A stretch of DNA of 64,000 nt. It comes from Euglena gracilis (taxonomy: Eukaryota). The notes beneath the pieces are model-generated. The model did not search any database. It saw only the letters and a program-made list of their open reading frames with translations, and had not been told where the DNA came from. The stretch's first letter is position 1; the number at the start of each line of letters is the position of its first letter. Below are positions 1 to 11,512 of this stretch, piece after piece. The translations under genes were made by a program, and so were the position numbers. The DNA lies in assembly GCA_039621445.1 (NCBI GenBank), contig CP154954.1, positions 11,278,716 through 11,342,715 of the forward strand, given 5' to 3'.

Positions 1-708
1 GTCCGGGAAACCCACGTGCGCCCGGAGTGCGGCCCCATTGATGGGGAAAGATACTCGCCGGCGACGCTTTGCGTACTGTGGTATGTTTTTGTTGTTGTTC
101 TTCCCCTGGACAGCTTGACCTGTTGGGTTGTATGCCAAGGGAAAGTTTGCCTGGCGTGAATGTGGGTTGGATCACCAGGAGTTGTTCCCGTCGAGCGCCT
201 GAGGGAAGGGCGTCCGGGGGGGGGGCACGGGTGGAGTCCATGAAGGCCTGGGAGGAGGCCCTTGTTGCCCCCAAGCCCCATGGCGTGGAGTGTGTTGGAT
301 TATCCCTTGGGTGGGGATGACGGAGGCAGATGTCATGTTGTTGCCCATGGTATATGAGGATGGATGCATTGAGTTCGTAGGGGACGGAAGAGAGCGTGGG
401 GGATGGTGGGGGGAAGGTTGGGAAGGGAGAAGTCCTTAGGGGATGCGAAGCGCGTCTGGATGGGCTCCTTTCCTAACCAGTGCGGTATCCTTAATTTTGA
501 CTTCCAATTCCAATGCCCAAATGTAGGAAGGTGAAGGAATGCATTTGGAGAGGGGGGAGAGTGGCAGAAGTGCATTGGGCATCTCCCCATGGATTGGAAG
601 GCGGTTGGAGAAAAAAAGGATTTTTTACCCCCCATTGTTGGCGAGTGGTGTACCTTTGATTTCTTTCCCACAGTGGGTTTCCCATTTACCATTGTTGATT
701 GTTTATCT

Positions 709-805
709 ATTTGGCTGAGTTTGATTCACCATTGGCTGAGTTTGATTCATTATTGGCTGCGAGTTTGATTCATTGTCATTGGTCAAAGTCATTGTCATTG
801 GTCAA
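709..805 (+). promoter_or_regulatory. Short direct repeats rich in ATTGG (reverse CCAAT) upstream of the DIRS gag-like ORF
   Basis: 3x TTGGCT(GC)GAGTTTGATTCA and 2x CATTGTCATTGGTCAA. A promoter role is only inferred from position. Confidence 0.3.
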
Positions 806-1984
806 GACAAGACAATCGACAAAGCGGAAGTTGAAGTTTGCCTAAGGGGAAGACCGCACACCACCTCGAACCTTGAACCTTTCGTCCGTCCCCTCCCCCA
901 AGGTATTGTGCCTAATTTTTTACAAAGGAAAAAAGGGGATATAGAATTTGGAAAGCGCAAGGATTTTCAGTCAATTTTACTGAAAACTTTACTGAAAATG
1001 TCCTCTTTTTCAGATGTGGAGAGGCAAGGGTTGGAGCCGGGGAAGGGGGGGGTATGGGGCCCCGCCCCCTTACGTTGCACAAGCAATGGAGTGGCAAGCG
1101 GCCCAAGACCGAGAAAGGGCGAGGGTGCAAAGGATAGTGACCCAGGTATGTTTGGGGATATGCAAGGGGGGGTATGCATGAAGCCCGAAGGGAATCGTGT
1201 TTCTGTTGGATCCCCTGAAACTGCGGAGGGAAATAAAGATCCTACGCCGCCGGAGGCCCATCCCGGGTTCCCCCTCGGGGGGGCGGACACGGGGTGGGCG
1301 TCCCGCGTGAACAGTGCCTTTTTTCGCCGGAGTTGGCTGATTCCTAATTTGCCCTTCGACACCCAGAAGAAAGGAACTTCAATTCAAGAACCTTGACAGT
1401 TGAACTTGAAAGAGTTACGTCAATCAAATTATCCGGAAGGTGAAGCTCGTAGAGCATATCAAATCAGAAATTGTTGACATTTCAAGACTTCAATGAAAAA
1501 TGCAATTGCCAACACGAAGAAGAGCATCACTGAACAACAAGAAGTTGCCGCCACTACAGCTGGACGACCTGACGGCGCGGTGCAACCCTGGCGATCCGTG
1601 GCTGTCCCATCCCCCCCAGAAAAAGTTTCTAAAAACCCACCCAGTGACAGCCACAGACTTTGGCAGACAGTGGTCAGAAAAACCCGAAGGACACAAAAGC
1701 CAAGACAAATGTCATGCCACTACGGCAAGGGCCATGGAGGCCCATATCCCAGTTACACCAATACATTGTTCAAGCTGGGCCATGGAGGCCACAACAGCAA
1801 GCTGGGCCATGGCGGCCACAACAGCACTGGCCATGGCGGCCGATGGAACAAAGGCCAGGGTGGCCAACAATACCAAGGCCAGGGTGGCCGATTCCATAAA
1901 CAAATGCCCAGTGGCAGGGGCAGGACAGGTCCACAACACCCCCCCAACCAATTCTTCATCACACACCCCATCAGGGGTAAATGA
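773..1984 (+). pseudogene. Probable DIRS gag-like ORF1, disrupted
   Basis: Same-frame ORFs 773-1396 and 1493-1984 separated by TGA stops, upstream of RT. Gly/His-rich tail with 27-bp repeats (KLGHGGHNS). No diagnostic motif. Confidence 0.45.
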
Positions 1985-2233
1985 TGGGCCCCCAGTGGCC
2001 CCCAAGATTTTCAATGGGCATGGCGCCCAAAATCAAAGAGAAATCAATGGGGACTATCAAAAATTCAAGAGGGCCAGTGGGGCCAGAATTATCATCAACA
2101 TCAACAACAATTTCAAGGCCACTGGGGCCATCGAATACCAGAAGGGGAGAACCCCCAGAAGCTAAAAGGCTGTCCCCCAACAGGGGGTTTCAATGTACTG
2201 TGGCAGCCCCAGGAGGATGCCCCCACAGGGGCA

Positions 2234-4094
2234 GTGGAGGACAAGGGGGCAACCCCCCCTCAACTTTCTTTCTCAATGCCCATGGCAGGGGCAAGCCTAA
2301 ACAAGGGGGACACCCAAAAAGGGGCCCCTATGGTATGTCAATCGACAACACCAATGACAAAGTGGAGGACCAGAGAGCCTGTGAGAAGAGCATGCACACC
2401 CCCCCAGCCACCTGTAGAGAATGCTCAATCCCCAGGGGCACCAGGGGTGCAATGTCCAACACCCCCCACCCAGCACCCTAAAAATCATCTAATTTGGAAA
2501 ATAAATTCCATGGAAGAAAAATGGGGTGACACCCCCCTGTACCAGAGACTTCAGAAAAGTCTAAAATGGTGGACAAAAAATGCCACCCCAGCAACATGTC
2601 AATTGATCAAAAATGGAATTCAACCCCCCTGGGTAAATCCCCCAAAATTGTCCACCCACCCAAAACCCAGAGACAATCTGGACCTGAACCAGGCAGAAAA
2701 AATCCTGTTGGATTACGAAAAAACTGGGTCAATAAAACGAGTTTGGGATTCAGAAACCCAGCATTTAATCCCATGGTTTCTAATTTCGAAACCAGAAGGG
2801 GGAACAACCAAATGGAGAATGATCAGCGACTGCAGAGAATTAAATCAGCAGTTCCAAGTAAAACCTTTCAAGCTGGATCATATCCAGCACATTTTTCCAG
2901 TTTTGGAAAAAGGCCACTGGGCAGCAAAAATAGATTTAAAGGATGCCTATTTTAATATTCCAGTGAGCCCAGGCCTAAGGCCTTTTTTGAGACATCAGGT
3001 GGGAAGGTGGGAGGGCAGACCTGGGAACTTCAGACAGGCTGCTTTGGACTAAATGTAATGCCCCAAATTTTCATGTCAGTCATGAAAACTTTCGAAAAGC
3101 TGTGGAGAAAAAGGGGCATCCAGGTGTTTGTTTACCTGGACGACATTTTGCTGGTGGCCCCCACACAAAACAATTTACAAAATCACCTGAACACAATTGT
3201 CAAAGATTTGCTGGATTCTGGGTTCAAAATCAATGTGAAAAAGTCCACCCTCCAGCCCACCCAAGTAGTAACCCATCTGGGTTTTCAACTGAACTTCCAG
3301 GAAGGAAAGCTACAGGTGCCCCCCCAGAAAGTCAAAACTATAAAAAAGGAGCTGGGAAAAATCGTGAAAAAAGATTACATGTCAAAAAGGCAATTGGCTG
3401 CCATTTAGGGCCAAATAAGATGCAATCTAATGGCCCTGCCCTTTTTAAGGGCTTTTACAGACACCCTGGCAAATTTTTTGGTGGCAAGGTCCACAACCCC
3501 CTGGGACTCAAAACACCCCATTTCCCAGGAAATCAAGGCCCAATTAAGGGAAATAAAAATTCTGCTGGACACCTGGGGGGCAGACCCTTCCCCCAAAATG
3601 CAACCAGGGAGTTGCACTCAGACAGCAGCACCCATGCCTGGGGGGGCTAGACATTCGTACTGGAGAAATTGTCCAAGAATTTTGGAGAGGAAACTCCATT
3701 TTACATATCAATGTAAAAGAATTACGTGCAGCCATCAGCACAGTGAAAAGTCTAAGCAGGCCAGGGGAAACGGTGTCCCTTTCAGTAGACAATCAGGTAA
3801 TTTATTATTACCTGACAAAAGGGGGGGGGCAGAAAAGACCCTTTCAACAGCCTTCTAAGGCCGTTTTTCAAATGGTGCATGGAAAACAATTTAAATCTAC
3901 AAGTGAAATGGGTTCCTTCACAGGAGTGCTTAGCAGACCCCATAAGCAGGTGGGAGTCAGACAGGGGGGATTACTCACTGGACCCCCAGCTCTTTCAATG
4001 GCTAAGGCCGCATTTCAAAGATTTCATAAATTTGGAAACAGATTTATTTGCCTCCCCTGGCAACAAAAAACTGTCCAATTTTGTGGCCAGATGG
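2234..4094 (+). pseudogene. DIRS reverse transcriptase - RNase H - N-terminal half of Dam-like methyltransferase (frameshifted)
   Basis: RT motifs KIDLKDAY, FGL..MPQIF, YLDD (3133-3144); RNase H motifs HSDSS, DN, ADPISR; MTase motif DLFAS..N (4041-4055). Stop at 3406-3408 and frameshifts near 3000, 3580 and 3825. Confidence 0.9.
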
Positions 4095-4700
4095 TGTCGG
4101 CTGCCGCTGGCGTCGGCAGCCAAAAATTTCCCAAAAACCCCCGGTAGGAACCACCAGAGAAAGTCAACCGCCACGCGAGTTGAATTGGAACCCCAGCAAA
4201 TTCCAGGAAGAATTTGAGAATTCGAATTGAGAATCACAAGAGCAGAAAAGTCAATTGAGAATTGAACAATCAAAAGGATCAATTCAATTCTTTCAAGAAA
4301 TCAAGGCATTGCTTTCCAACTAGTCCCTACCCACCAACAGCAGGTGAACACAAGGTACCTGCCCATCCTCTCAACAAGGTTTGTCTTGTGCTGCTGGTTT
4401 GCTCACCTAAGTAGGTGGGTTGGTTTGTCTTTGTTGCTTCAGCCTTTCAGTTGAAAAGTTCAAGTTGGAAAATGGGGAAAAACCAACAATGGTGGCAAAA
4501 AAAGATCCTACGCGGGGCAACGGGGGACCCCGGGTCGGGGGGGCACACCTCACCCCCTTTACCGCCTGTTGACATGTTCGAAAATGGGGCACAATTTCAC
4601 AAAGGCCCTGGCCTGAGCCCTCCAGGGCCAGAAAAAAGTGGTTGCAGCCCCAGCGAAACAAGCAGCCCCCCCGGGCGAGCGGGGTCCCCGTCCCCCAACA
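4095..4700 (+). repeat. 5' LTR of non-autonomous element
   Basis: TGTCGG...CCAACA; appears identical to 9280-9885 by eye (offset 5185). Confidence 0.95.
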
Positions 4701-5782
4701 TGGTACGCAGAGGTGGCTTCACTGACTCTGTCAGTGAAGAATTTTTAGATTCCGTTGATGAAAAAGAAATCAAAGAATACTGTGACCAATTCAAATTGTT
4801 GGGAATTGAATTCAGTGATACCCAAACAGAGGAACAAAGAAAAAGGGAGGCTGAAATTCTAGCGTCTCAGAGGGAGTTTTGGAGGCTCAGATGTGAAGCA
4901 GCCATTGGACATTCTCATGGCCCTGATTCATGTTCTCCATGTCAATCTTGTAAAACATCAGGGGTAAGCCCAACAAGTTCACTGCCAAGAGAACCTGAAA
5001 TTAAACCAGAAAGTGTTGACCCTTGTCCAAATGTTTTGCACATAAGAGGTGTGCGGTGTGAATCTGAATCCGGACGGCTGAGTGTCAAATCAGACAGTGT
5101 GGAAACTTCAGAGGTCACAAAACCTGAAACTTTTTATGACCCTTGGGATGAGTGGTGGCAAAAAGTTGAGGCAGGTATCACAGAATTATTTTCAAACACT
5201 TTTTCTCTGAACGAGAGACTGACGAAACTGGAGGAAGTGCCCAGCCAAAGTGAGTCCAGCCACTTGGAGGGACGGATGGCTGAAATTGAAACCCGTCTGA
5301 GAAATTTGGCAGATGGTTTTCATGACCTTTTCACACGAACTTGCAGTGAAATTGAAAATCGTTTTTCTGAAAGCATCCAGTCCCTGTGTGAGAAGGGCGA
5401 GGCTCTGTCAAAACGGCTGGAGAGTGAAGAAAAGATTCTGGAGGAACGGCTGAAAATGCTTGAACTACAAATCGCTGAAAAGTTACAGCCCAGTGAAATA
5501 AAATCACCAAGTCCAGAAAATTTTGTGTCCGTGAACCTGAATTCTGGACATGTCACAAATCTGCAGCCGTCATCAGTGTCTTCTGAAAAATCTTCCTCAG
5601 ATTTTGCCACGCAGCCAAGGAAATTCAGACAAACAAAAAAATTCTGGAGGCCAGCCAAAAGCAGTTGGAACGACTTTCAGTTTTTAAGACCAAGTTGGCA
5701 TCACGATTGGTGGGGTTGGGACTGGCATTTAAATCCCTGGAACAGCTGGGGGTGGTTTCCACCGTATCAATGGTGGTGGTGA
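4415..5782 (+). CDS. Coiled-coil protein with Trp-rich C-terminus (possible Gag-like cargo); start uncertain
   Basis: Open 455-codon frame starting inside the LTR and crossing the PBS. Heptad-like E/L/K region; ends WHHDWWGWDWHLNPWNSWGWFPPYQWWW. Confidence 0.6.
   Translation: MGWFVFVASAFQLKSSSWKMGKNQQWWQKKILRGATGDPGSGGHTSPPLPPVDMFENGAQFHKGPGLSPPGPEKSGCSPSETSSPPGRAGSPSPNMVRRGGFTDSVSEEFLDSVDEKEIKEYCDQFKLLGIEFSDTQTEEQRKREAEILASQREFWRLRCEAAIGHSHGPDSCSPCQSCKTSGVSPTSSLPREPEIKPESVDPCPNVLHIRGVRCESESGRLSVKSDSVETSEVTKPETFYDPWDEWWQKVEAGITELFSNTFSLNERLTKLEEVPSQSESSHLEGRMAEIETRLRNLADGFHDLFTRTCSEIENRFSESIQSLCEKGEALSKRLESEEKILEERLKMLELQIAEKLQPSEIKSPSPENFVSVNLNSGHVTNLQPSSVSSEKSSSDFATQPRKFRQTKKFWRPAKSSWNDFQFLRPSWHHDWWGWDWHLNPWNSWGWFPPYQWWW
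4701..4720 (+). promoter_or_regulatory. Primer binding site (tRNA-iMet-like)
   Basis: TGGTACGCAGAGGTGGCTTC directly after the LTR; resembles the TGGTAGCAGAG PBS of the other elements. Confidence 0.7.
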
Positions 5783-8700
5783 ATTTTCTTTCAGCACAGG
5801 TCTAACCACTGACTGGCACCGCACAGCACTTTACAGATCAGTATGTTTTTGTGGTTTGCTTGTGGCTTTGTGATTGTTTTGTGATACGTTTTTCATGGTG
5901 ATCTGGTGTTGGAGGCAGATGCGTAATCAGCCAGAAGTTTAAATCTGGATTTTCAGTTCACAGAGTTTGGCTTATGAAAAACAGCCAAGTCAAACATTTT
6001 GAATCTGGTTTCTGGGGTGCATGTTTTTCCCCAGTTGCTTTCCACTTAAATGGAGACGCCCAGCCACGATGCTTGGGATTCTCCTAGTGTTCAGGCAGCC
6101 AGATCATAATTTTCAGTTTCAGAGTTTTCAGTTTTCGGTTGTCCCAAATGTCTTTTGGGGTGGGGCACGGTGTTGACATGTGTCATCATCCCAGACGGGG
6201 ACAAATGAGGCATGTCAGGTGGAATTTTGATTTGCGTTTTTTCTGGTCCCTTTTGTCACGGGACAGTTTTTCCAGAGAGAAACTTTACCCCCGGACAGGG
6301 ACATATGTTGGAGAATCGGCACAGTTTTTGTGATTTTTCAGTCCAGTTTCATTGTGGTTTTCGAGTGTGGCAGCCCAGCAGTCCTGTGGAGGTTTCATCT
6401 GGGTTTTTGCCAAATCCTGAGGTAGGGGAGACCTCTGATGGACCACTCGAACCAAAAAGTTTTTGGGAAAGCGCGCAAAGAGGGGTTCCAAGGGTGGGGC
6501 TAGACCCAGGCCAGGAATAAACACCCCTGTGGCCACCCATCCAAGGGCTCAGGAAACAGTTTTCAGTTTTTCAGTCCAAGTGGGAACCAAGGTGGATTAA
6601 CCCAGGAGGAAAATACACCCTGAGGAAAGTTCATTTTTGGGCCATTAAAGGCATCATCAGTGGCATTCAGTTCAGTTTTTCAGTGAAAAAGTCTGTCGAT
6701 CTGTGGGTTGCACTTTCTGCAGCAATTTTTCGGCTGTGGAGTTTGCTTGAGGGAGAAAAACTCAGAAGTGGGGGACGCCTCACAATGCAAAACTCCCAAT
6801 GGTAATTTTTACAGTTTGAGGCTTGCTCACACAGTTTTCGTGTGACCCATTTGATGGATCAAGATCAGATTTTTAAGTGCCGTTTTGGTTCAGAATTCAG
6901 TGGCATTTTCAGGTTCGGTTCTGTAAGAAAATTCAGAAATCTGCCTTGTGTGTTGCCAGTGGTGAATTTGTGCGTGTGTGTTGCCTTGTCATGCAGGTTC
7001 AAGCAGCAATCACGAAACGAAGGAGCAAAGCAGTCAAGTTATCAAGGATTTTGACTGAACTTATTGAATTCAAGGATTTCAACAATTTCAACATGACTTC
7101 AAAGACTGGGATGATGACATGATGACAGTTCAATGAGATGGAGCACAGATTGACAATGACATCAATGGGGACCCATGCAATTGAACTTCGAAAAGCTCAA
7201 AGCTGGGATATGGATTGGTGAATTTCATGTTCTGGCGAGGAGTTTGAGTTTTTTGGACTGCAGTCATCTGGCTGGGGGAGAAGTTTAAGATGGCTGACCT
7301 CCACCAATTGCCCAAACAATGGGCAAAGCCCAGATTCAAACTGGTTGGCAGCTCCCATGGTGCCACGGGCTGAGTTTCAGTTTTCTTGATTCCGAGTGGT
7401 TGGACAGGGTTCGCTCTCCCTCTTCCTGTGTTGCAAAGGGGGGGGGGGCTGTGTGGAGCCCTGTTTTTGTTGGTGTGGTGGATCAAAATCAGTTTTGGCT
7501 TTACGGTTGGAATTTTTTGACTCAGAATTGGATACCCTGTGAGACGTTTGGGTGGGGACAGGAATGCATCATTTTGTGACCGTGACAGTTTTTGGTCACA
7601 CCCCAGATTGTAACGGGGTTTGATGAAATTTCCATTTTTCCCATTTTATTTGTCGAATGGGGATTCTGATTTTGCAGCCAGGAATTTTTAACCCATGGCC
7701 CTCCCCGCACTGGTTGACGGTGGGGGGGGGGGCGGCATTGTGAAGGGCCGTCCTTAGACAGGTGCTGGATTTCAGTTTGATTTCAGTCGGTTTGGATATT
7801 ACGGCCCAGGTTTGATTTTTTTGTTTGGAGGCTGAAGCCAGATTGACCCCCATGGCCCCATGTGACTGGGGGGGGGGGGGCAGCGAAAAATCGCTTTGGC
7901 TGAGAAAATTGGATTTGAATTTTCAGTATTTTTGAGTTTGCCATGTCATTTGACCATGACCCCCATTGCCCTGTGTGATTGGGGGGGGGGGGTGGGGCAG
8001 TGAATTTTAATTGGCAAGCCAGATTTGTTGGTTTTACGGGGCCCCGAGCCGTTTTACGGCTCCAGTGAATCGGTTGGGCCCAGGGTTGAGCTTGATTGGC
8101 CTGGCCCCTCGGTATGCTGCTGGATGTTGCTTCTGTTGGGTTGGTTGCTCTCGGTTGGACTTTGTTTGTTGTACGTGGCAGTTGGAATTCTCGATTGGAT
8201 TTTGTTGAGGGCTTTTGTAGGCCCTGGATTTGTGGGTTGGACTCAGATTTTTTGATTTTTTTGAGGATTTTTTTGAGTTGGAAAAACCTGGGATTTTGAT
8301 AATTTTTCTGGTGGACGACAAAACGAGTTGGGATTTTAGAACTCAGTTTTTTGATTCGGTTTGGATTATGGACATTCGCCAAAGGCATTTTTTTTTTCAT
8401 GGAACACAGCTTGGAGGCATCCGAACTCGGGGGGGGGGACCCTGGACCGGAGATGACCCCTCCTCCGTCCATAGGCCCTGGTGTGGGCCAATGAAAAAAA
8501 AAAAAACCAGCCACGTGGGCACTAAAGCCCTGTGATATAGTGGCTGAGGGCAAATGTGAAGCCCTGTTCTCTTTGCGTTCAAAAAAAAAAAATTCGGCCC
8601 AGTCGTTTTCGGTTGGAATGCATGACAAGGAAGTGAGCGTGCATACACACAAAACACACAACCACACATGCACACGAACCCGCACACCCATTGTACACTA

Positions 8701-9268
8701 TTCCCGCCGTATATAACCGTCTTACCCTCACACCATTGCACCCATTCACCTTCAACCTTTTCCTCACCCTTCTGTCCCGAATTGGAAAGGAATGCCTGGG
8801 TTTCTCTTTTTCTTTCCCCACACAAGTCGTTTTCTGAGGCACTGTTGGCCAAAGTCCCTGATTTTTTTTAAAAAAAAAAAAGTCGAAATCGAATGAAGTC
8901 TCACACAATGAAAGCTGCCAAAAAAAAAAAAGAGAGAAAGGATTTTGACCAAGGGGGGCAGCGTGGGACTTAGGCCTTGGGGTGGAGTGCCCAGAGGTTG
9001 TTTCGTTTGGAATCGTTTTTAGGGGTGGGGGCTGGTCCCCCGAAGACCTGATTTTTCAGAGTCCCCCAAGGTGCCCGATATTATGGCTGGGGGGGGGGGT
9101 CAGACTCGTAACACCGATTTTCAAAAAAAAAAAAAGGACAGGGGCCGTGTCAAAAAAAAAAAAAAAAACACAGAAGTTTCGCCCCCCACAAAAAAAAAAA
9201 TCAATTTCACTCTCCCCGTTTTTGCTCGGAGGGGGGGGGGGCAGAAAAACGGGTCCGACTAACGTCGC

Positions 9269-9279
9269 AAGGGAGGGGG
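9269..9279 (+). promoter_or_regulatory. Polypurine tract
   Basis: AAGGGAGGGGG immediately before the 3' LTR. Confidence 0.85.
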
Positions 9280-9885
9280 TGTCGGCTGCCGCTGGCGTCG
9301 GCAGCCAAAAATTTCCCAAAAACCCCCGGTAGGAACCACCAGAGAAAGTCAACCGCCACGCGAGTTGAATTGGAACCCCAGCAAATTCCAGGAAGAATTT
9401 GAGAATTCGAATTGAGAATCACAAGAGCAGAAAAGTCAATTGAGAATTGAACAATCAAAAGGATCAATTCAATTCTTTCAAGAAATCAAGGCATTGCTTT
9501 CCAACTAGTCCCTACCCACCAACAGCAGGTGAACACAAGGTACCTGCCCATCCTCTCAACAAGGTTTGTCTTGTGCTGCTGGTTTGCTCACCTAAGTAGG
9601 TGGGTTGGTTTGTCTTTGTTGCTTCAGCCTTTCAGTTGAAAAGTTCAAGTTGGAAAATGGGGAAAAACCAACAATGGTGGCAAAAAAAGATCCTACGCGG
9701 GGCAACGGGGGACCCCGGGTCGGGGGGGCACACCTCACCCCCTTTACCGCCTGTTGACATGTTCGAAAATGGGGCACAATTTCACAAAGGCCCTGGCCTG
9801 AGCCCTCCAGGGCCAGAAAAAAGTGGTTGCAGCCCCAGCGAAACAAGCAGCCCCCCCGGGCGAGCGGGGTCCCCGTCCCCCAACA
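9280..9885 (+). repeat. 3' LTR of non-autonomous element
   Basis: Direct repeat of 4095-4700, followed by TSD ATGG. Confidence 0.95.
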
Positions 9886-10267
9886 ATGGCCCCACTGGGA
9901 GGCCAGGGCAGTGGATGCCCTCCAATGTCCCCTGGACAACATGGGGGATCTTTATGCAAACCCCCCTTGGTCAATCATTCAGAAATTTCTCCCACGATTG
10001 AGAATGTTTCCCCAGACCAAAGTTTTGATGGTCACCCCCTTTTGGGATTCAGCCACATGGTGGCCCCAATTAATAAAGATGAAAGTACCAGGGACCCCCT
10101 GCCTGAAAATCACCCCCTACATGGGCATGTTCAAAAACTGCAGGGGGGAAAAAATGCCACCCCCCAGGTGGCCCCTCCTTTGCATGATTTACTCAGGCAA
10201 ATCATGGAGGGGAAACAAATTCAAAATAAAACCATTGACGATTTCCTGGGGAGAAACCCCAGCTTAA
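9886..10267 (+). pseudogene. C-terminal half of DIRS Dam-like N6-adenine methyltransferase
   Basis: Removing the insertion restores in-frame FVARW-PHWEARAVDALQ...YANPPW (NPPW at 9959-9970)...VLMVTPFW...WW. Confidence 0.88.
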
Positions 10268-11391
10268 AGCGTTATCAAAGCGCTTTTACGCTTTTATGGG
10301 TAATCTTGAAAAAAATGGGGGTACCCCCCCCTGAAGCCACAACTGACCAAGTGGCTGACGCTTTGATACAATTGTTTCAATTTTCCAAGTCCCAGGCACG
10401 TAATGCCTACAGTGCAATGCTTTTGATTCCTGGGTTTGGTGGACTGAGATTCCACACCATGTTAGCACCTTACAAGAGACTCTGGAACCAGAATCTGGAA
10501 AAATATGGTGCTTTTTGGGATCCCCTCCCAATCCTCCTGGGGCTGGCCCGAGCCCCCTTTCCCACTGATATTTGTACATTGCGCACACAACTTATTTTTT
10601 GCTCACGAATCCTCTGTTTATACAGAAGCTCAGATTTGGAGAGGATCAAACGAACCACCAGTGTGTTGGGCAAGGCGCCCTACATCAAAATCAGGCGTAA
10701 AGGCCAGAAATTCCATAAGTGGGAAAGAGTTGTGTCCATTCCACAATGCCCCAAAATAAGCCCATTTCATTTCATGATGTCTTATGTTGCAGCAACAAGG
10801 TCATTCGTAAGACCTGGGGGGCCCCTTCTGATTTCACTAAAACCCCCCTTTAAGCCCATAGGTGCAGACACCATTGCTTCCATCACTAAAGAATTCTTGG
10901 CCAAACATGGGGTGCCCCCTCAGGTGTGGGGGGCCCACTCCACCAGAGGGGCAGGAGTTGGTTTACTCAAAAAATTGGGCCTTTCTGCCCAGGAAGTTTG
11001 TGAAATTGGTCAGTGGAGGGGGGTGGAAGCTTTTACAACACATTACCAAAGACTTGGTGCCCAAGGTGCCCTAGAAAATGCCCTGGCCCCCCTAATTTCA
11101 GTGCACAATCTGGCCTCACAAGAGCAAAGTGCGGAGCCCGAGGTGTCTCGTACTCCCTCGAGGAAAACCTACAAGGGAGGAAGGGACACCGAGGGCGAAG
11201 CACAAAGACCTTGTGAGCCCGACCCCCCCACCCGTAAAAGAAAATTTGTGTTCAAAAGCCCTCGGTCAGAGAGTGGGGGCCAGGGGGGGGGGAGGGGGGG
11301 GACACCCCCCAGGGACAAGAAGCCACGTCGCCAAGTCGGAGCAGCATCGTCATCCAACTCCGGCGAGGCGGCACTAAGCGGGACCTCCTAA
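9886..11391 (+). CDS. DIRS tyrosine recombinase (5' part cut off by the LTR insertion)
   Basis: Catalytic set R (YRSSDL), HxxR (HSTR), W (GQW), Y (THYQ). Overlaps the MTase in another frame, as is typical of DIRS. Confidence 0.9.
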   Translation: MAPLGGQGSGCPPMSPGQHGGSLCKPPLVNHSEISPTIENVSPDQSFDGHPLLGFSHMVAPINKDESTRDPLPENHPLHGHVQKLQGGKNATPQVAPPLHDLLRQIMEGKQIQNKTIDDFLGRNPSLKRYQSAFTLLWVILKKMGVPPPEATTDQVADALIQLFQFSKSQARNAYSAMLLIPGFGGLRFHTMLAPYKRLWNQNLEKYGAFWDPLPILLGLARAPFPTDICTLRTQLIFCSRILCLYRSSDLERIKRTTSVLGKAPYIKIRRKGQKFHKWERVVSIPQCPKISPFHFMMSYVAATRSFVRPGGPLLISLKPPFKPIGADTIASITKEFLAKHGVPPQVWGAHSTRGAGVGLLKKLGLSAQEVCEIGQWRGVEAFTTHYQRLGAQGALENALAPLISVHNLASQEQSAEPEVSRTPSRKTYKGGRDTEGEAQRPCEPDPPTRKRKFVFKSPRSESGGQGGGRGGTPPRDKKPRRQVGAASSSNSGEAALSGTS

Positions 11392-11512
11392 CCCAACGCA
11401 CCCAAACAATCCAAACAACACCGCCGGCGAGCAAGGCATGGCCTCACAAGGTCTTTGTGCTTCGCCCTCGGTGTCCCTTCCTCCCTTGTCGGTTTTCCTC
11501 GAGGGAGTACGA
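11148..11512. repeat. 70-bp inverted repeat (11148-11217 vs 11443-11512): internal complementary region and right terminus of DIRS
   Basis: TCGTACTCCCTCGAGG...CCTTGTGAG is the reverse complement of CTCACAAGG...GAGTACGA, with one mismatch. Confidence 0.85.

Larger units (their letters stand above)
4095..9885 (+). mobile_element. Non-autonomous LTR retroelement (LARD-like), 5791 bp, no pol
   Basis: 606-bp TG...CA LTRs, 4-bp TSD ATGG (4091-4094 and 9886-9889), PBS and PPT present. No RT or IN motifs internally. Confidence 0.92.
1..11512 (+). mobile_element. DIRS-type tyrosine-recombinase retrotransposon, degenerate; left end outside window; interrupted by LTR element 4095-9885
   Basis: Order gag-like / RT / RNase H / Dam-like MTase with an overlapping tyrosine recombinase ORF, plus a terminal inverted repeat of an internal segment. 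Sequence after 11512 (TTCTTTCCCTAAGTTTCACTCCC) matches the interior of the 4.85-kb repeat, so it is target DNA. Confidence 0.9.

Noticed and set aside
51-100. Left inverted terminal repeat of DIRS matching 11390-11435
   Set aside because: Only a 10-nt match (CTCGCCGGCG); insufficient.
7783-8691. 302-aa minus-strand ORF in the non-autonomous element
   Set aside because: Driven by homopolymer runs, non-ATG start, no recognisable domain.
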